The notes under the pieces: model-generated | Seen by the model: only the letters and a program-made list of their open reading frames with translations | Databases searched by the model: none | Told to the model about the DNA's origin: nothing | Program-made: the position numbers and the translations under genes | Shown here: positions 61,165-64,000 of the stretch, piece after piece | How positions within the stretch are numbered: position 1 is the first letter of the stretch | Layout: every line of letters starts with the position of its first letter | Origin: Actinomycetota bacterium | Lineage (GTDB): Bacteria; Actinomycetota; UBA4738; HRBIN12 | Direction of reading: 5' to 3' | Length of the DNA: 64,000 nucleotides | NCBI GenBank assembly: GCA_035519495.1 | Contig: DATIWE010000065.1 | Coordinates: 31,788 to 95,787 of the forward strand

Positions 61165-62202
61165 ATGGCGGAACGAGCGGATCTGGGGCTGCGGAAATCC
61201 GCCGTCCTGCACGCGGTGGTCGAGGCCTACGTCCGCACCGGCGAGCCGGTGGGATCGGAGACGATCGCGGAGCACGCCGGCCTCGGCGTTTCCAGCGCCA
61301 CGATCCGCAACGAGATGGCGGCGCTCGAGGAGCTCGGCTACCTGCGTCACCCGCATACCTCGGCTGGTCGGATCCCGACCGACGCCGGCTACCGCCACTA
61401 CGTGGACACGCTCCCGGCGCACGGCAGGCTCCGGGATGCGCAGCGGCGCGCGATCGCGACCCACTTCGAGGAGGCGATCCTCGACCTCGAGGAGGTCCTG
61501 AAGGGCTCGGTGCTGCTCCTGTCGCGCCTGACCCAGTACGCGGGCCTCGCGGTCCCACCCGGCGCGTCGGATGAGCAGCTCGTCCGGCTCGAGTTGATCG
61601 ACATGGGACCGACCCTGATGGTGCTCGCGATCGGACAGCACGGTCGCGTGGACAAGCAGATCCTGGACCGGCCCGACGAGATCGGCGCCCCGGCGGTCGC
61701 CGCGGCCGAGCGGAAGCTCCGGACGCTCCAGGGTTCGACGTACGTGGACTCACAGGCCCGGCTCCTGCAGATGGCCGCGGGCGTGAGCTCCGACGAGCAC
61801 GACCTGCTGCTGATGGTCGCCGACGTGCTCCGGCTGGCCACGCGCGGGGAGCGCGCCGCGCACGTGGTGGTGGGCGGCGCGTCGAACCTGGCCGACGAGA
61901 CGCAGGCCTGGCGGCGGGAGACGTTGCGCCGGTTGTTCGAGACGCTCGAGCGCGAGCAGGAGATGTTGAGCGTCCTGCAGGACGTGGCCGCCGACGACGT
62001 CAGCGTGACGATCGGCGCCGAGCATCCGACGACGGGCGAGTGGGAGGCCTCGATCGTGACCGCGCCGTTCCGATCCGGCGAGGCGACGGTCGGCACGATC
62101 GGGATCGTCGGGCCCACCCGCATGGACTACCTGTCGGCGATGGCGTCGGTCCGCGCGGTCGCGGAGCGGCTCTCCGGGATCGCGACCGAGCTCGACCAGT
62201 AG
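61165..62202 (+). CDS. hrcA: Heat-inducible transcription repressor HrcA
   Basis: ORF 61165..62202(+), 345 aa: ...RKSAVLHAVVEAYVRTGEPVGSETIAE...SSATIRNEMAALEELGYLRHPHTSAGRIPTD... Confidence 0.95.
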   Translation: MAERADLGLRKSAVLHAVVEAYVRTGEPVGSETIAEHAGLGVSSATIRNEMAALEELGYLRHPHTSAGRIPTDAGYRHYVDTLPAHGRLRDAQRRAIATHFEEAILDLEEVLKGSVLLLSRLTQYAGLAVPPGASDEQLVRLELIDMGPTLMVLAIGQHGRVDKQILDRPDEIGAPAVAAAERKLRTLQGSTYVDSQARLLQMAAGVSSDEHDLLLMVADVLRLATRGERAAHVVVGGASNLADETQAWRRETLRRLFETLEREQEMLSVLQDVAADDVSVTIGAEHPTTGEWEASIVTAPFRSGEATVGTIGIVGPTRMDYLSAMASVRAVAERLSGIATELDQ

Positions 62203-62206
62203 ACCG

Positions 62207-63304
62207 ATGGCCGCCACGCGCGATCTCTACGCGTTGCTCGGCGTCACGCGCGACGCCTCCGAGGCCGACATCCGCACGGCGTACCGGCGACTCGCGCGCG
62301 AGCTGCACCCCGATGTGAACGGTGATCCCGCGGCGGAGACCCGGTTCAAGGAGATCGCCGGTGCGTACGAGATCCTGTCGGACCCGGAGAAGCGGGCGCG
62401 GTACGACGCCTACGGCGACGGGGGAGGACAGCCGTTCGCCGACATCGGCGACATCTTCGACATGTTCTTCGGGCAGGGTGGCTTCGGCGGGTTCGGCTCG
62501 CGGCGGCGCGGGCCTCGAACGAGGACCCGGCGGGGCGAGGACGCCGGCGTCCTTGTCCAGCTGTCCTTCGAGGAGGCGGCCTTCGGGGTGCGGCGGGAGG
62601 TCGAGTTCGAACGCCTGTCGGTGTGCGAGCGATGCATGGGCAACGGGGCCGAGCCCGGGACGGCGCCGATCGCCTGTCGGACCTGCGGCGGGACCGGCGA
62701 GGTCCAGAGCGTGCGTCGCAGCGTGTTCGGCACGCTGATGACGACCGCGCCGTGCGGGGCCTGCCGGGGCACCGGGCAGGAGATCCCCGATCCGTGCGCT
62801 GCGTGCGCGGGCGAGGGGCGCGTTCGCGGCGCGGCGACGGTCACCGTCGAGATCCCAGCCGGCGTCGCCGACGGGATGGAGCTGCGGGTCGCCGGCAACG
62901 GTCACGCCGGCGTGGCCGGTGGGGCGGCCGGCGACCTGTTCGTGCGTCTCGGGGTCGAGGGATCGGACTCCTTCGACCGCCGGGGGCAGAACGTGTACAC
63001 CGTGCTCGACATCTCGATCACGCAGGCGGCGCTCGGCGCCGACGTCCGGGTCGCGGGCCTCGACGGCGCGGAGGTCTTCAAGGTGGAGCCGGGTACGGCC
63101 TCGGGCACCGTCGTGAAGCTGCGGGGCAAGGGCGTGCCGAACCTCAACCGGCGCGGGCGTGGGGATCTGTTCGTGACCCTGCACGTCGTCACGCCGCGCG
63201 AGCTCTCGCGCGAGGAGCGGTCGTTGCTCGAACGACTGGCCGAGATCCGCGGCGAGCCCCGCAAGGGGGCCGCGGAGGGTCACCTGCGCCGCCCGGAGTT
63301 CTGA
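62207..63304 (+). CDS. dnaJ: Molecular chaperone DnaJ
   Basis: ORF 62207..63304(+), 365 aa. J domain with HPD (ELHPDVN), a G/F region, and four CxxCxGxG repeats (CERCMGNG, CRTCGGTG, CGACRGTG, CAACAGEG). Confidence 0.96.
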   Translation: MAATRDLYALLGVTRDASEADIRTAYRRLARELHPDVNGDPAAETRFKEIAGAYEILSDPEKRARYDAYGDGGGQPFADIGDIFDMFFGQGGFGGFGSRRRGPRTRTRRGEDAGVLVQLSFEEAAFGVRREVEFERLSVCERCMGNGAEPGTAPIACRTCGGTGEVQSVRRSVFGTLMTTAPCGACRGTGQEIPDPCAACAGEGRVRGAATVTVEIPAGVADGMELRVAGNGHAGVAGGAAGDLFVRLGVEGSDSFDRRGQNVYTVLDISITQAALGADVRVAGLDGAEVFKVEPGTASGTVVKLRGKGVPNLNRRGRGDLFVTLHVVTPRELSREERSLLERLAEIRGEPRKGAAEGHLRRPEF

Positions 63305-63322
63305 ATCGTCATCGCGCCGCGA

Positions 63323-63328
63323 TAGGCT
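63323..63328 (+). promoter_or_regulatory. Putative -10 box (TAGGCT) of leaderless HIT gene promoter
   Basis: TAGGCT lies 6 nt upstream of GTG 63335. Confidence 0.4.
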
Positions 63329-63334
63329 CGGAAC

Positions 63335-63685
63335 GTGTCGGACACGAGCTGCCTGTTCTGTCGGATCGCCGCCAGGGAGATCCCGGCCGAGATCCTCCGG
63401 GAGTCCGACCGCGTGCTCGCGTTCCGCGATATCGACCCGAAGGCGCCGACGCACATCCTGCTGATCCCGAAGGAGCACCTCGAGTCGCTCGCGGACATCG
63501 AGGACAGCCACGGCGCGATGCTTGCCGACATCGCGCAGGCCGCGACCCACCTGGCCCGGACGGAGGGCATCGACCAGTCCGGCTGGCGCCTCGTCTCGAA
63601 CGTCGGTCCGGACGCTGGCCAGGCGGTGTTCCATCTGCACTTCCATCTGCTCGGCGGGCGTCCGATGGGCTGGCCCCCGGGCTGA
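63335..63685 (+). CDS. Histidine triad (HIT) family nucleotide hydrolase
   Basis: ORF 63335..63685(+), 116 aa: CLFCRIAA... and the HIT motif HLHFHLLGG. Confidence 0.92.
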   Translation: MSDTSCLFCRIAAREIPAEILRESDRVLAFRDIDPKAPTHILLIPKEHLESLADIEDSHGAMLADIAQAATHLARTEGIDQSGWRLVSNVGPDAGQAVFHLHFHLLGGRPMGWPPG

Positions 63686-63701
63686 GCGGGTACGATAGAC
63701 G

Positions 63702-63722
63702 CGGCCGTCCACGTGACGGCCG
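63702..63722 (+). terminator. Hairpin after the HIT gene / in the phoH leader
   Basis: CGGCCGTC-cacgt-GACGGCCG: 8-bp stem, 17 nt after the HIT TGA, followed by ttgctact. Confidence 0.3.
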
Positions 63723-63762
63723 TTGCTACTCCCGAGCAGGAGGGAACGGGGCGTCGCCCCGG

Positions 63763-64000
63763 ATGTCGGAGCACGTGGCAGCCGCCACCACCCAAGTGAA
63801 GATCCTCGTCCCGGGGCACCAGTCGATGGTGGCCTTGCTGGGTCAGCGCGACTCCTTCCTGAAACTCGTCGAAGGCGCGTTCGGTGCGGACATCCTCGTG
63901 CGCGGCAACGAGATCACGATCACCGGTCCTCCCGCGGAGGCCGAGCGCGTCGGCCGGATCTTCGAGGAGCTCCTGGAGCTGCTCGAGAAGGGCACCGAGC
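63763..64000 (+). CDS. phoH: PhoH-like ATPase, N-terminal part (continues past window end)
   Basis: Not in the ORF track because it has no stop. My translation from ATG 63763 reads MSEHVAAATTQVKILVPGHQSMVALLGQRDSFLKLVEGAFGADILVRGNEITITGPPAEAERVGRIFEELLELLEKG, the typical PhoH N-terminal region. The dnaJ...phoH synteny supports the call. GTG 63775 is the alternative start. Confidence 0.8.
   Translation, partial: MSEHVAAATTQVKILVPGHQSMVALLGQRDSFLKLVEGAFGADILVRGNEITITGPPAEAERVGRIFEELLELLEKGTE

Noticed and set aside
1-64000. Scan for CRISPR arrays, IS elements or transposases, integrases, prophage genes, toxin-antitoxin pairs, retrons and known defence operons
   Set aside because: I saw no regularly spaced direct repeats, no transposase or integrase-like translations, and no small adjacent ORF pairs with TA-like features. 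The window is essentially a conserved housekeeping backbone.

Overview
This is a 64-kb, high-GC (about 70% by eye), very tightly packed chromosomal segment. Its gene content and order match an Actinomycetota core region. I call about 61 CDS and 1 tRNA. I saw no rRNA, CRISPR array, IS/transposase, integrase, prophage or recognisable defence operon. Backbone blocks in order: DmpA-type peptidase (partial) and azlCD; a TetR/aminotransferase/ornithine-cyclodeaminase cluster; an IMPase-family phosphatase; tig-clpP-clpX; valS-folC-ndk; a serine hydrolase. Next comes a FAS-II operon (fabD-fabH-fabG-acpP-fabF), divergent from a complete elongasome (mreB-mreC-mreD-mrdA-rodA). Then: an orphan REC-histidine kinase hybrid; rne-rplU-rpmA, one reverse-strand ORF, obg, a DinB-like gene, nadD, a LytR_C protein, rsfS and tRNA-Ala(GGC); leuS; a MOSC gene; comEA-comEC-holA; rpsT; a DUF1622 gene; lepA-hemW; an ECF sigma module; CIRCE-hrcA-dnaJ; a HIT gene; phoH (partial). 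Accessory-looking inserts are: (1) the clpX-valS interval, with an HdeD-like protein, a 453-aa membrane protein, a 1182-aa zinc-ribbon/cyclase/STAND/TPR protein, YihY, a lipoprotein and a PLDc_N-SHOCT protein; (2) a lower-GC 2.9-kb islet right after tRNA-Ala, with a Cys-rich lipoprotein and an orphan TadE-like/TadG-vWA pair; (3) a saccharopine dehydrogenase-like gene and a PAS-GGDEF-EAL gene; (4) the ECF sigma, FG-GAP-like membrane protein and double zinc-ribbon membrane protein. I do not see a convincing new multi-gene system, and most of the window is housekeeping. The strongest observations concern genome style. A TANNNT box sits 6-11 nt before the start codon of about 21 operon-leading genes, which implies leaderless mRNAs and fixed several start calls. 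All ten convergent gene pairs abut or overlap, and five of them share a CTAG double stop. The tRNA-adjacent islet is the best candidate for acquired DNA. Coordinates derived from the ORF track by codon arithmetic are reliable. Small motif coordinates were read by hand and could be off by 1 nt.
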